From the IMG/VR virus record IMGVR_UViG_3300014205_000214, positions 8,628 to 72,627 of that record: DNA of 64,000 nt. One strand, 5' to 3'. The notes under the pieces were generated by a model. It was not told where the DNA came from, did no database searches, and saw only the letters and a list, made by a program, of their open reading frames with translations. This document shows, piece after piece, positions 1 through 8,847 of the stretch (positions are counted from its first letter, which is position 1; each line of letters opens with the position of its first letter). A program made the translations under genes and the position numbers. This DNA comes from a virus. Its lineage: Duplodnaviria; Caudoviricetes.

Positions 1-70
1 TTATCTATATATTTATCAAGAATGCTATCAATTTCTTCTAAAGAAATATTCTCATTCATGATAGCAGCTT

Positions 71-460
71 CTATTTTATAATTTTCATCTTTAGACATTT
101 AAAACCCTCTTCCGTAGAGTAAACTACATTAGTGATATCGTGATGCAACAACAAGTTAGTACAGTGGCCACAAGGGCGAGACATAAGAAGATTATTATCT
201 TTATCTATTCTAATGTTTATCATAAATGACCTTTTATCAATTTTGGAACAGTTTAACAAACAGGCTAGCTCACTATGAATTGCTTGTGAACTATAATTAA
301 ATTTTAAACACAAGGGGTGCGTTTTAAGTGTTTTATTATACCCAAAGCTAATAATTTTATTTTTTCTAACCAAAAAGCTAAAATGTTTTGACCTGTTTGG
401 TACAAGATGTTTTAGATTAATAGCTGTTTGGACTGTTTTATTTATGATTTTTTGATTCAT
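71..460 (-). CDS. Zn-dependent cytidine/dCMP deaminase-family protein
   Basis: HSE (AIHSELACL) and PCxxC (RPCGHC) motifs of the CDA fold. Confidence 0.8.
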   Translation of the reverse strand: MNQKIINKTVQTAINLKHLVPNRSKHFSFLVRKNKIISFGYNKTLKTHPLCLKFNYSSQAIHSELACLLNCSKIDKRSFMINIRIDKDNNLLMSRPCGHCTNLLLHHDITNVVYSTEEGFKCLKMKIIK

Positions 461-466
461 GGTTTA

Positions 467-494
467 ATTATACTTCGTAAATAAAATTTGTCAA
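467..494 (-). promoter_or_regulatory. sigma70-type early promoter (first of the array listed in findings)
   Basis: Minus strand TTGACA-N16-TATAAT; deaminase ATG lies 6 nt after the -10 box. Confidence 0.85.
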
Positions 495-522
495 TTAAAA
501 ACTTTATATTTTTTCTTAAAAA

Positions 523-533
523 GAGTATTTATA
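523..533 (+). promoter_or_regulatory. putative late promoter
   Basis: GAGTATTTATA, recurring upstream of structural genes and endonucleases. Confidence 0.65.
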
Positions 534-569
534 TATAGGAACACTTACTATACCTTTAGGAGTTAAAGA

Positions 570-731
570 ATGAGAAAGTTAACAGACCAACAAAAAATTG
601 ACATTGTAAACCGTTATATAAATGGTGAGTCATCAGTTAAATTAAGTAAAGAGTTTGAAGTATCTAAAAGATCTATTCTTAATATTTTAAACGTAAGAAA
701 TGTAGAAATGAGAAATAAAAATGGAAAATAA
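570..731 (+). CDS. 53-aa HTH-like protein overlapping the GIY-YIG start (not in ORF track)
   Basis: AGGAG RBS, then MRKLTDQQKIDIVNRYINGESSVKLSKEFEVSKRSILNILNVRNVEMRNKNGK; 33/53 identical to the copy at 19676. Confidence 0.8.
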   Translation: MRKLTDQQKIDIVNRYINGESSVKLSKEFEVSKRSILNILNVRNVEMRNKNGK

Positions 732-1524
732 AGAAATTTACGGTTATATTTATTTAATTACAAATTTAGTAAACGGAAAACAATATGTAGGAAAAACCGT
801 TCAAACTATTAAAGCAAGATTTGGCGGGCATTGTAATCCTGGAGAAATGAATAAAAAATGTTTAATATCTAAAGCCATTAAAAAATATGGAAAAGAGAAT
901 TTTAAAATTAAAGAAATAGCAGTAGCATATAATCAAAAACAATTAAAATTTTCTGAGGGGTTTTATATTTCATCTTTTAATACTTTAACTCCAAATGGAT
1001 ATAATCTAACCAATATTATTAATGGGTACAGTAAACACTCAGAAGAAACTAAAGAAAAAATGAGAATAGCCAGAAATAAACCAAAAAATTTAAAAATATC
1101 ATCTAGTGTTGGCATTAAAACCAGAGGTAAAAGTTTAGGAGGAACATCTAAATATTGTGGAGTTCATGTTAATAACAATAAATATATATGTCAAATAATG
1201 TTTAATAATAAACCAATATATATTGGTTCTTATAACCTGGAATCTGATTCGGCAAAAGCCTATGATATCGCTGCGATAAGATATTTTGGTAATGGTACAA
1301 TTTTAAATTTTCCAGAACTAAGAGAAGACTATATTAATGGTAAAATTACTGTAAATAAAAATACAAGACAAAACTATTCAAAATCAGGAATAGAGGGCAT
1401 ATTGTTTAAAACGAAAAATAATAAATGGCAAACTAAATATTTTGATAAAACACTAAATAAAAATAGACATAAGTTTTTTAACACTCTAGAAGAGGCTATT
1501 AAATTTAAAAATACTAATTATTAA
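721..1524 (+). CDS. GIY-YIG homing endonuclease with AP2-like DNA-binding domain
   Basis: GYIY...YVG; AP2-like SKYCGV...YIGSY...AKAYDIAAIRYFG...LNFP; antisense to neighbours. Confidence 0.9.
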   Translation: MENKEIYGYIYLITNLVNGKQYVGKTVQTIKARFGGHCNPGEMNKKCLISKAIKKYGKENFKIKEIAVAYNQKQLKFSEGFYISSFNTLTPNGYNLTNIINGYSKHSEETKEKMRIARNKPKNLKISSSVGIKTRGKSLGGTSKYCGVHVNNNKYICQIMFNNKPIYIGSYNLESDSAKAYDIAAIRYFGNGTILNFPELREDYINGKITVNKNTRQNYSKSGIEGILFKTKNNKWQTKYFDKTLNKNRHKFFNTLEEAIKFKNTNY

Positions 1525-1525
1525 A

Positions 1526-2425
1526 TTATTTTAAGTTTTCGACATATTTTTTCCCGTCTTTACTTAGAATTCTTCCACTAGTAATAATTTCAATAAGATT
1601 AAGTTTTAGTAAATAAGGTTCAATGATTTTACTAACAGATTCAACATCAACCTGTATTTTTGAAGCTATATTAGCTAGACTAATTCCGGATCTATTTTTA
1701 TAAAGCGTTAATAAATAATTTCTGTCTTCAACCGTTAACCCGTTTTCATCAGTACCTTGTAAAGCTATTATTTCTTTAACTTTATCAGCATTAATAGATT
1801 TAAGTTTATTCCCTACCATAAACATATAAATGAATTCTGTTCTTGTTACCATAAGTCTTGGTATACCTCTGCAAGTCTTAGCAATTATAGTAGCTAATTT
1901 ATCATTTAATTTAAAACCCCGTTCTTCACAGATACCTTTACAGACTAATACTAATTCATCTTCTGAATATTCTTCTAAAGCTGCAATATATCTAAAGCGA
2001 TTTTTAAAAGGAATTTTTAAGCTTCCTGGATTAGTCGTTGCTCCAATAAATGTAACTTTTGGTATCTCTTCTCTATATCCGCTATTAAATACGCAATGTT
2101 CTTCAATAGCGGAATAAAGATTCTCTTGTATTTTATTTTTTAAAGCATGACACTCTTCAAGAAAAATTAAATCTTTATCACTAGCATCTGATATAACTTG
2201 ATATATTTCTTTAAATGATGCACTAGAACAATCTAATGTATAAAGCTTGCTATTAATTTCTGATGCTATAACATTAGCAATAGTTGTCTTTCCAAACCCA
2301 CTAGGGGCCGTTAAAAGAAAGGAAGGTATTGGTAAATCCTTTTCATTAGAGAAATTAATCAGGGTTTTTATAATAGCTTTAGCTTTCTTTTGCCCAACTA
2401 TATCCTTAAGCTTTCCAACACGCAT
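1526..2425 (-). CDS. ruvB: Holliday junction branch-migration helicase RuvB-like AAA+ ATPase
   Basis: VGQ, Walker A PSGFGKTT, IFLEECH, IGATT..G.L..PF..RF, YSEDEL, CRGIPR, C-terminal IEPYLL. Confidence 0.88.
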   Translation of the reverse strand: MRVGKLKDIVGQKKAKAIIKTLINFSNEKDLPIPSFLLTAPSGFGKTTIANVIASEINSKLYTLDCSSASFKEIYQVISDASDKDLIFLEECHALKNKIQENLYSAIEEHCVFNSGYREEIPKVTFIGATTNPGSLKIPFKNRFRYIAALEEYSEDELVLVCKGICEERGFKLNDKLATIIAKTCRGIPRLMVTRTEFIYMFMVGNKLKSINADKVKEIIALQGTDENGLTVEDRNYLLTLYKNRSGISLANIASKIQVDVESVSKIIEPYLLKLNLIEIITSGRILSKDGKKYVENLK

Positions 2426-2439
2426 TAATCAGTCCTCAT

Positions 2440-2811
2440 TTAATCTACCCATTCACCATCTGCTCTTAGTACATTAAGAATACGATTAGTAGCAATTTTA
2501 GTAGCAAGCTTCCTATTAAATTGATCTTTATCAGAACAAATAGATTCTGCAAAATATTCTTTACCACTAGGAGTAGTTACTTCAACAGTAGTAAAACCAC
2601 CCTTTGGCAAAGCATATCTTAAACTAGGAGATTCGTGACTTGGTAATTCTACAATATCTGCTGCAACAAAATCTGTTCTCATTAACGATGGAACGTTTAA
2701 ACTAGTAAGTAGCTTAAGCTTATTTTCCCAGCTAATATATCGTCGGTAATGAGTTACCTTGACGCCAAAGTTGCGGTCACGAAGTTTTTGGACTAGATTT
2801 AAATTTTTCAT
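2440..2811 (-). CDS. conserved phage hypothetical protein
   Basis: Packed ORF after an early promoter; GGFT..V...C...D.FNRK.A motif. Confidence 0.65.
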   Translation of the reverse strand: MKNLNLVQKLRDRNFGVKVTHYRRYISWENKLKLLTSLNVPSLMRTDFVAADIVELPSHESPSLRYALPKGGFTTVEVTTPSGKEYFAESICSDKDQFNRKLATKIATNRILNVLRADGEWVD

Positions 2812-2930
2812 ACTGATCTCCTAAAAATTTTCCAACGAATTGTTAATAACTTATCAAACACGAAAACTATCAAGGCTATACAGCCTAGCACTTCCAGCAT
2901 TATAGCACGCCTTTAAATTTTGTCAATTAA

Positions 2931-3314
2931 TTATTCTACAAATTCTATTAATTTAACAGCGTCACAAAATACAGTATTATTAGGGATATTACGCGATAAT
3001 AAATATGTAAACCTCTTTTTTTGTTTTTTAAGTCTTAAAACATCTAATAAATCTTCTTTCATACCTTTACCGGTTTCTACAAAAATCCCATCTTCTGAAG
3101 GGTTTAAAATTTCACATTTAAAAATCTTTATTCCCCAGCTACATCTAAATAACCTAGCACTTGAAAGATCTGAGAACACCATTAATTTAGAACCTAAAAT
3201 ATTTGGATAAACAAATTGATTAATTTTATATTTTACAACAATATCTTCGGTATTAAAATATAAATTACTAATATATGCAGAACTTAAATCACTGTTTAAT
3301 ACTTTATAATACAT
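2931..3314 (-). CDS. YYKV paralog family protein
   Basis: MYYKV...Y...LMVF...CE...VKLI shared with 3324, 9069, 32108. Confidence 0.7.
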   Translation of the reverse strand: MYYKVLNSDLSSAYISNLYFNTEDIVVKYKINQFVYPNILGSKLMVFSDLSSARLFRCSWGIKIFKCEILNPSEDGIFVETGKGMKEDLLDVLRLKKQKKRFTYLLSRNIPNNTVFCDAVKLIEFVE

Positions 3315-3323
3315 ATCTTCCCT

Positions 3324-3713
3324 TTATACCCTTTTAATAAGTTTAACAGATTTACAAAATACTGTTCCTTGCGGAGGAGTTAAACATCTATTCATAAATT
3401 TACTCTTTTTCTTTTTTAGATTAAGAATTTGTACAAGACTTTCTCTGAAACGATGCATGGAGGTATTAACGAAAATTCCTGTTTTTCTTGGATATTTAAC
3501 TTCGCATTCATAAATATAAGTACCCCACATATTATCCCATGACCAAGTTTTAGCGTCTAAATGGGATTTAAAAACCATTAAATAGGTTCCTTCAATAACT
3601 GGTTCAACCCATTCACCTTCTTTATAAATTACTTTAGCAAAGTGCATTGGTTTACGATCACTACTACCGACATAAGCAGAACTCATATCACTATTAACAA
3701 CTTTATAATACAT
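3324..3713 (-). CDS. YYKV paralog family protein
   Basis: Tandem paralog of 2931..3314. Confidence 0.7.
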   Translation of the reverse strand: MYYKVVNSDMSSAYVGSSDRKPMHFAKVIYKEGEWVEPVIEGTYLMVFKSHLDAKTWSWDNMWGTYIYECEVKYPRKTGIFVNTSMHRFRESLVQILNLKKKKSKFMNRCLTPPQGTVFCKSVKLIKRV

Positions 3714-3722
3714 GTTATTTCC

Positions 3723-4400
3723 TTATAAAACAAAACCGGTTAAATCTTTTTTACCACGACCTTTTGGGGTTAACCCAATAATTCTATTCTTAGGATCTAA
3801 AAATCTTAAATCTGTTTTATCTCCGTTATAAACTATGGTATCTAAATATCTTCGCGGTCTTTTGTTGAAAACTACAGCAACATTACCACCCAATTTAACA
3901 ATTTCGTCAACCTTTTTCTGGTTTGATTCACTTCTAGAGAAAGTTAAATGATAATTTTTAGGTAGTTTACCCTCAAGAAACTGTCTCATTTTACTAGCAA
4001 CTTTAGTATAGTCATAATACTGAATATCTAAGTTGAAAATATCTGGACATAGAATATACCAATCTAAGTCACTTGTCCCATTTAACCTAGCGGCAGGCTT
4101 TAGACCGTTTTTCTTACAACTAGTCATAAATGATACAAGTTCTTTATATAACTGAGCTTTTGCTTCTAGTGGTTGCTCGAAAAAGAATTTTGTTTTATTA
4201 ACTCTGGCGATTTGAACACTATTCATTTTTCCTCTACCAGAAGTATTTAAACAAGCAATTGTACAACCTTTACTCCTGCCTCTACAAGTTTCATATCCAG
4301 ATAAATTTGCTGGAGCTAGGTGCAAAATAGCGGTCTTAAAGACTCCTAATTTATCACCTTTAGCAACTTTATAATTGCCACCAATATTTAATAGTTTCAT
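3723..4400 (-). CDS. Gp88-like protein (Cys cluster, radical-SAM-like)
   Basis: C-x6-C-x3-C (CRGRSKGCTIAC), RLNGTSD, YDYTK, NYHLTFS, D..D.RFLDP. Confidence 0.65.
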   Translation of the reverse strand: MKLLNIGGNYKVAKGDKLGVFKTAILHLAPANLSGYETCRGRSKGCTIACLNTSGRGKMNSVQIARVNKTKFFFEQPLEAKAQLYKELVSFMTSCKKNGLKPAARLNGTSDLDWYILCPDIFNLDIQYYDYTKVASKMRQFLEGKLPKNYHLTFSRSESNQKKVDEIVKLGGNVAVVFNKRPRRYLDTIVYNGDKTDLRFLDPKNRIIGLTPKGRGKKDLTGFVL

Positions 4401-4438
4401 AACGAGTCCTTTTGGGTAGCTTTTATTATAAGCCAGAG

Positions 4439-4705
4439 TTAATCTTTGTCAAGCTTTTTATTAAAGCTATTTCCGAAATTATAACAATATAAAATAATAT
4501 TAGTGATAATATATACTGGTAAAGCAACTATTATTAGTGCTAGTATTATCAAAGGCCAAAAAAAGAAAAGAAAAAGATATGTTGAAATCATAGAATCTTC
4601 TTCTGTGTCTTGATACCACTCAATTTTATAAAATCCATCAAAAAATCCTAAAATACATACTAGAATAATACTAATAGTAAAATATAAAACGGGATATAAT
4701 ATCAT
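4439..4705 (-). CDS. small two-TM membrane protein
   Basis: Two hydrophobic stretches, FFWP motif. Confidence 0.65.
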   Translation of the reverse strand: MILYPVLYFTISIILVCILGFFDGFYKIEWYQDTEEDSMISTYLFLFFFWPLIILALIIVALPVYIITNIILYCYNFGNSFNKKLDKD

Positions 4706-4724
4706 TGTAATAGCTTTCTAATTA

Positions 4725-5261
4725 TTAAGCTTTAATTTTATCGAGAGCTTCTTGTAAATCTTTTACTATTGAATGTGGAAATAATTGACAGCCAACCTTA
4801 ATATTATCCTTAGTAACTTCAGCGGTATATTCATTATTTAATACTACTGTAAATTTAGGATTATTAAAATCTAAATACTCTTTTTCTGTAATTTCTTTTA
4901 TATTTTTAACATTTGTGACATGTATACTGTTTACGGTATATTTACGGCCCGCAAAAAACCCATCTATAAAATATAGACTACAATTTTTAAATTCAATATT
5001 CTTGCAAACAAAATCGTCATTAATTTTATAATATTTCATAATATTTTCCCAATAAACCTGTTCTTTATTATCATCATTTTCAAAGTTATACCACGAAGCT
5101 CTTAAAATCTTTTTTGGATTTGTTATATTTAAATAATTGTATGTTCCATCATGTCTTAATAAAAATTCTTGTTATCTTTCTATAGATTCTCCAGATATTT
5201 TGCTTACATTTGAAATTAAAGTATCTAAAGATAGATTATCAACATAAACATATTTATTCAT
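4725..5261 (-). pseudogene. VGCQ-family gene interrupted by an in-frame TAA (5172-5174)
   Basis: ATG at 5261 coupled to the upstream stop and in frame with the 104-aa ORF; similar along its length to 30062..30622. Confidence 0.65.
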
Positions 5262-6141
5262 TAAGAATTTTCCTTATTTGTTCCAACATTTGTTTTTCTT
5301 TATTTGGATTAACGAAACAGTTTTCAAGAGTTCTATAATGATGTTCCAAACAGTCAATAAGTAATTGTCTTACTTCATCTTTTGCTGGAACTTGTCTTAT
5401 TGTACTTTCTCGATAAAGTTTTTCAAGTGTTAATTGTTTTTCTGAGAACCAATTTCTAATATCTTTTTCAGAAATTTCGCCGCGACGAATTGCTTTAAGA
5501 TGTTCTCTATGTCTTTGTAAATCCATAGAACCTTCTGTTAATAACATTTCACACTCATAAGCTAATCTTACTAAGTGCATTGCATATTTAACATCAAATC
5601 CGAATTTATCAAATATTTCTTTTCTATTACCTTCTCGTTTTTGAGAAGCCATTTTATGAAGTTGGGATACGGCGTATCTAATCATTTTTTGATAACATCC
5701 TTTATGAATAAACAAATCTCTACTTTCTCTAACCATACTACCTACAGAATTTATGTAGATAACACAGTTTTGAGGAACATAGAGAGTATCTAACATATTA
5801 GGATTGTTCTCTAAACAAAGCTTAAAGTATTTAATAATAGAATACATCGTTAAATCGTATTCTACATCTTTACCTTTATTAGATTTCTTATCTAGGATAT
5901 GATGCTCTTGAAATTGTTCAAAGACCTTTATATCGTCAAACCCAGGAATTGACCCTTTTAAGTTGGGAAATACATCTTCTTTTCTAGGAATAGCAAAACC
6001 TAAAACGTCAATATCTGAAGTCTTGTTTGAAACTCCATAAGCAACGCTTCCAACCATCACTTCATACATAACATTAGAGGATAACCAGTCAGGCGGACTA
6101 ATTAGCCTCTTATTAATTAATTGAGTTGTTATTGAAGCCAT
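5254..6141 (-). CDS. Pol-beta superfamily nucleotidyltransferase (RlaP-like)
   Basis: GSVAYG...SDIDV, ENNPN, K.AMHLVRL; lies near an RNA ligase. Confidence 0.8.
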   Translation of the reverse strand: MASITTQLINKRLISPPDWLSSNVMYEVMVGSVAYGVSNKTSDIDVLGFAIPRKEDVFPNLKGSIPGFDDIKVFEQFQEHHILDKKSNKGKDVEYDLTMYSIIKYFKLCLENNPNMLDTLYVPQNCVIYINSVGSMVRESRDLFIHKGCYQKMIRYAVSQLHKMASQKREGNRKEIFDKFGFDVKYAMHLVRLAYECEMLLTEGSMDLQRHREHLKAIRRGEISEKDIRNWFSEKQLTLEKLYRESTIRQVPAKDEVRQLLIDCLEHHYRTLENCFVNPNKEKQMLEQIRKILNE

Positions 6142-6148
6142 TTTACTC

Positions 6149-6577
6149 CTATTTTAAAAGTGACTTATTGAAATACTCATGAACCTTTTTATCTAATTCG
6201 GCTAGAATCTCTTTATTCTTTTCCATAAACAAGATTACTTCATTAAATTCCTGCTCTGATAAACAGATATTATACAATAAACAAGGAATCCTAACAAAGT
6301 TCTTATTTTGTTCATCAATAGAAATAGATCCAATAAGACTTTTAAAATTAACTAGATCATCTATTCTAAGATGAATTGGTCCAATATCTGTATATTCAAG
6401 CTCATAAACAATTTTAAAATTTGGAGAAGAATAAAGTAAACCCTTTTCTTCTTCTTGTATTGTAACATCTTCTTGATATTTGTCAATTAGATAATTTTTA
6501 ACAACTTCTGCAACTTCTAAATTAGAACAATGATGTTGTTTAATATTAGATTCTTTAACTGGCTTTACAATAAACAT
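6149..6577 (-). CDS. hypothetical protein
   Basis: Packed ORF; next gene has an AGGAG RBS. Confidence 0.6.
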   Translation of the reverse strand: MFIVKPVKESNIKQHHCSNLEVAEVVKNYLIDKYQEDVTIQEEEKGLLYSSPNFKIVYELEYTDIGPIHLRIDDLVNFKSLIGSISIDEQNKNFVRIPCLLYNICLSEQEFNEVILFMEKNKEILAELDKKVHEYFNKSLLK

Positions 6578-6600
6578 AATACAATCCCTTAAGATTAATT

Positions 6601-7884
6601 TTAATTTTCCTCATCTAATTCTCCTTGTTGTGATTCTAAGTCTTCAATACCAGCGTCTAAATCTTTAGATTCTTTTTCCAAAAACTTAAATGACTTCAGT
6701 TTAAAAGCAATTTTATTTTTAGATTCATTTCTAAAGCAAACCCCTTCGGAAAAAACTTTGTTTACGCAAAACTCACAATCTTTTTCAAGATACTTCTCTT
6801 TTAATTGTTCTAAAGTGAAATTAACTGGACCATAATAATACTCTGGAACATGTAAAATACTATGATGAACACACCAGTTTTTAATACTAGCCCAATCCCA
6901 TTCAAAAACGTCTCCGTTAGTATTAGTGCTAGTAATTCTATATATTAGAAACTTATATTGCCCTTCTTTACAGCCATAATCATAATCCTTTTGAACCATT
7001 CCACCACTTGGTAAGTATCCTACAATTTCTCCATAAACAGACATTCCGTTTTGAAGATGCTCTTTAATATCATTGTGAACCAACTTCCAAATATCTTCTT
7101 TATAATAGTGCTCGTTAGAGTTTTCTTTTTCCCCAACAGCTTTAATTACTTTACGAGAAGAATAAACATAATCATATACTGTTTCTTGGACTTTACAACC
7201 TAAAAACTTAGTTATTTTTTCTAATAGAGAAAGTTTACGATTTACAAGTAGTTTGGAAGATACAAAACTTGTACCATGCCATTTGCTTGTAATTACACAA
7301 ATATCATCTTTTTCAAGCATATAATCATGTACTGCCAACTTAGCAGTATCATAGTGTAACCTGAACTGATTCTCAACAAGATTTAAAGCTTTTCTCTTTT
7401 TCTTATTAGATCCTGGTCCTTGATTAGCATGAATATGGCGAATAACATATTTCTTACAGATTTGAAAATCTCCATAAGAATCAAAGACTTGACCAATTTC
7501 GTAAGTTAAATCTTTGTTAAACTTATCTTTAATAAATTCTTGTAAAGCTTCTATTCTTAAAAGAAAGCCTTCTGATGGTGCTCCGCGTAATTTCAATGCT
7601 TTTACGCGACCCTTTAGTTCAAAGAATCCAGTAGCACTTTTATTTTGGTTATATTCAGACTTACGGAATAAAGATAGGTAAGAAATTAATTCGCTAGAAA
7701 TTTGAGATTCTAGTGGAAAAAATATACAAATATCACCTTCTTTATAATCTGAACTAGTCCAGACATTACATCCTTGAACGGTCCACCCAATAAGCCTATC
7801 TGCGTTAGGATGCTTTATTTGCTTATTTAAAGAAACTACTTGAGCAGAATAATTCAGATTGCAATTTTTAGACTGGTTTAACAT
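6601..7884 (-). CDS. RNA ligase (Rnl2/DRB0094-like, N-terminal OB domain)
   Basis: HPNADRL OB domain; motif I KWHGTS, YGEIVG, SEGVCF, FKLKS. Confidence 0.85.
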   Translation of the reverse strand: MLNQSKNCNLNYSAQVVSLNKQIKHPNADRLIGWTVQGCNVWTSSDYKEGDICIFFPLESQISSELISYLSLFRKSEYNQNKSATGFFELKGRVKALKLRGAPSEGFLLRIEALQEFIKDKFNKDLTYEIGQVFDSYGDFQICKKYVIRHIHANQGPGSNKKKRKALNLVENQFRLHYDTAKLAVHDYMLEKDDICVITSKWHGTSFVSSKLLVNRKLSLLEKITKFLGCKVQETVYDYVYSSRKVIKAVGEKENSNEHYYKEDIWKLVHNDIKEHLQNGMSVYGEIVGYLPSGGMVQKDYDYGCKEGQYKFLIYRITSTNTNGDVFEWDWASIKNWCVHHSILHVPEYYYGPVNFTLEQLKEKYLEKDCEFCVNKVFSEGVCFRNESKNKIAFKLKSFKFLEKESKDLDAGIEDLESQQGELDEEN

Positions 7885-8299
7885 AATATTCTTTTAACCT
7901 TTGTTTATCTTCTTCAATCCAAGTATCAATTTCTTCTTGTTTAAAGTTTTCTAACTTAACAAGCTCTTTCTTTTCTATTCTTAATGTCTTTTGTAAGTTT
8001 TTAATTTCGTTTTTAACCTTCTCAATTTTAGACAACTTATTATTATAAGTATCGTGGTTTTTAGAATTTAAAAGACTAATTAAAGTTTTACAATTTAAAG
8101 AATAAACCACGTCAGCTTTAATAGAATTATTTTTTCCATAAAATGGTATAATACCAGAGTCTTTCAATAATAAAATTAAAACAGTTTTATTTAATACCGT
8201 TTGATCAAGAACTTCTACTTTCTTGATTTTGTTATTACTATAAGCATAGATAAAGTCAAGTTTTGGAAAATTATTAAAGTCTTTTTTGCTCATTTTCAA
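7868..8299 (-). CDS. hypothetical coiled-coil protein
   Basis: Overlap-coupled ORF. Confidence 0.6.
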   Translation of the reverse strand: MKMSKKDFNNFPKLDFIYAYSNNKIKKVEVLDQTVLNKTVLILLLKDSGIIPFYGKNNSIKADVVYSLNCKTLISLLNSKNHDTYNNKLSKIEKVKNEIKNLQKTLRIEKKELVKLENFKQEEIDTWIEEDKQRLKEYYVKPV

Positions 8300-8498
8300 T
8301 CTTTTTTCTAAGTTTAGTTAATGCTTCTTTAGGAGTTTTACCATAACAATAGAATTTAATAATTTTACTATCAGCAGCTTTAGCAATCCATTCTCTACCG
8401 CCCTCATAATCACAATGGATTAAATGAATATTAAAATCCCAAAACTTTGATAAGTCAACTATATAATCTGAATTATTCATTTTTAGCATACTCTCCAA
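8274..8498 (-). CDS. small HicB-like fold protein (tentative)
   Basis: WIAKA...CYGKTPKEAL..L resembles the HicB N-terminal motif. Confidence 0.4.
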   Translation of the reverse strand: MESMLKMNNSDYIVDLSKFWDFNIHLIHCDYEGGREWIAKAADSKIIKFYCYGKTPKEALTKLRKKIENEQKRL

Positions 8499-8847
8499 AA
8501 AATTCTAATTCATAAACATCTTTAAAAAGTCTTTTAAGCTTCTGTTCTTTTTGCTTTGGAGTTGTTTCTTGATTGTCGTTAATCAGAACGGCTTCTTTTG
8601 CAAGATCAGTATTAACTAATCCACTATTACTTCTGACAGAAAGATGTTTAACAACAAATGTTAATTCATAAGGCATTCCACAACTATGTAGATCGTTAAC
8701 TTTACAATGAGAAACTTGTTGAGCTATGAATCCTAAACAACATTTATAACCATCACTATTAATTAATAATGTAGGACCAATTCCGGTTTTATTATCTGAA
8801 TACTTACCAGTTCGCCACTTAGCCCTATTAATTCTAATCTTTTTCAT
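8473..8847 (-). CDS. hypothetical protein, CCLG family
   Basis: GYKCCLG and ..ND...T...KE motifs shared with 38311..38718. Confidence 0.6.
   Translation of the reverse strand: MKKIRINRAKWRTGKYSDNKTGIGPTLLINSDGYKCCLGFIAQQVSHCKVNDLHSCGMPYELTFVVKHLSVRSNSGLVNTDLAKEAVLINDNQETTPKQKEQKLKRLFKDVYELEFFGEYAKNE

Noticed and set aside
523-533. T4-type late promoter TATAAATA acting on the opposite strand
   Set aside because: The reverse complement matches, but at 46853, 52326 and 54613 no gene lies in that direction; orientation tracks the GAGTATTTAT strand
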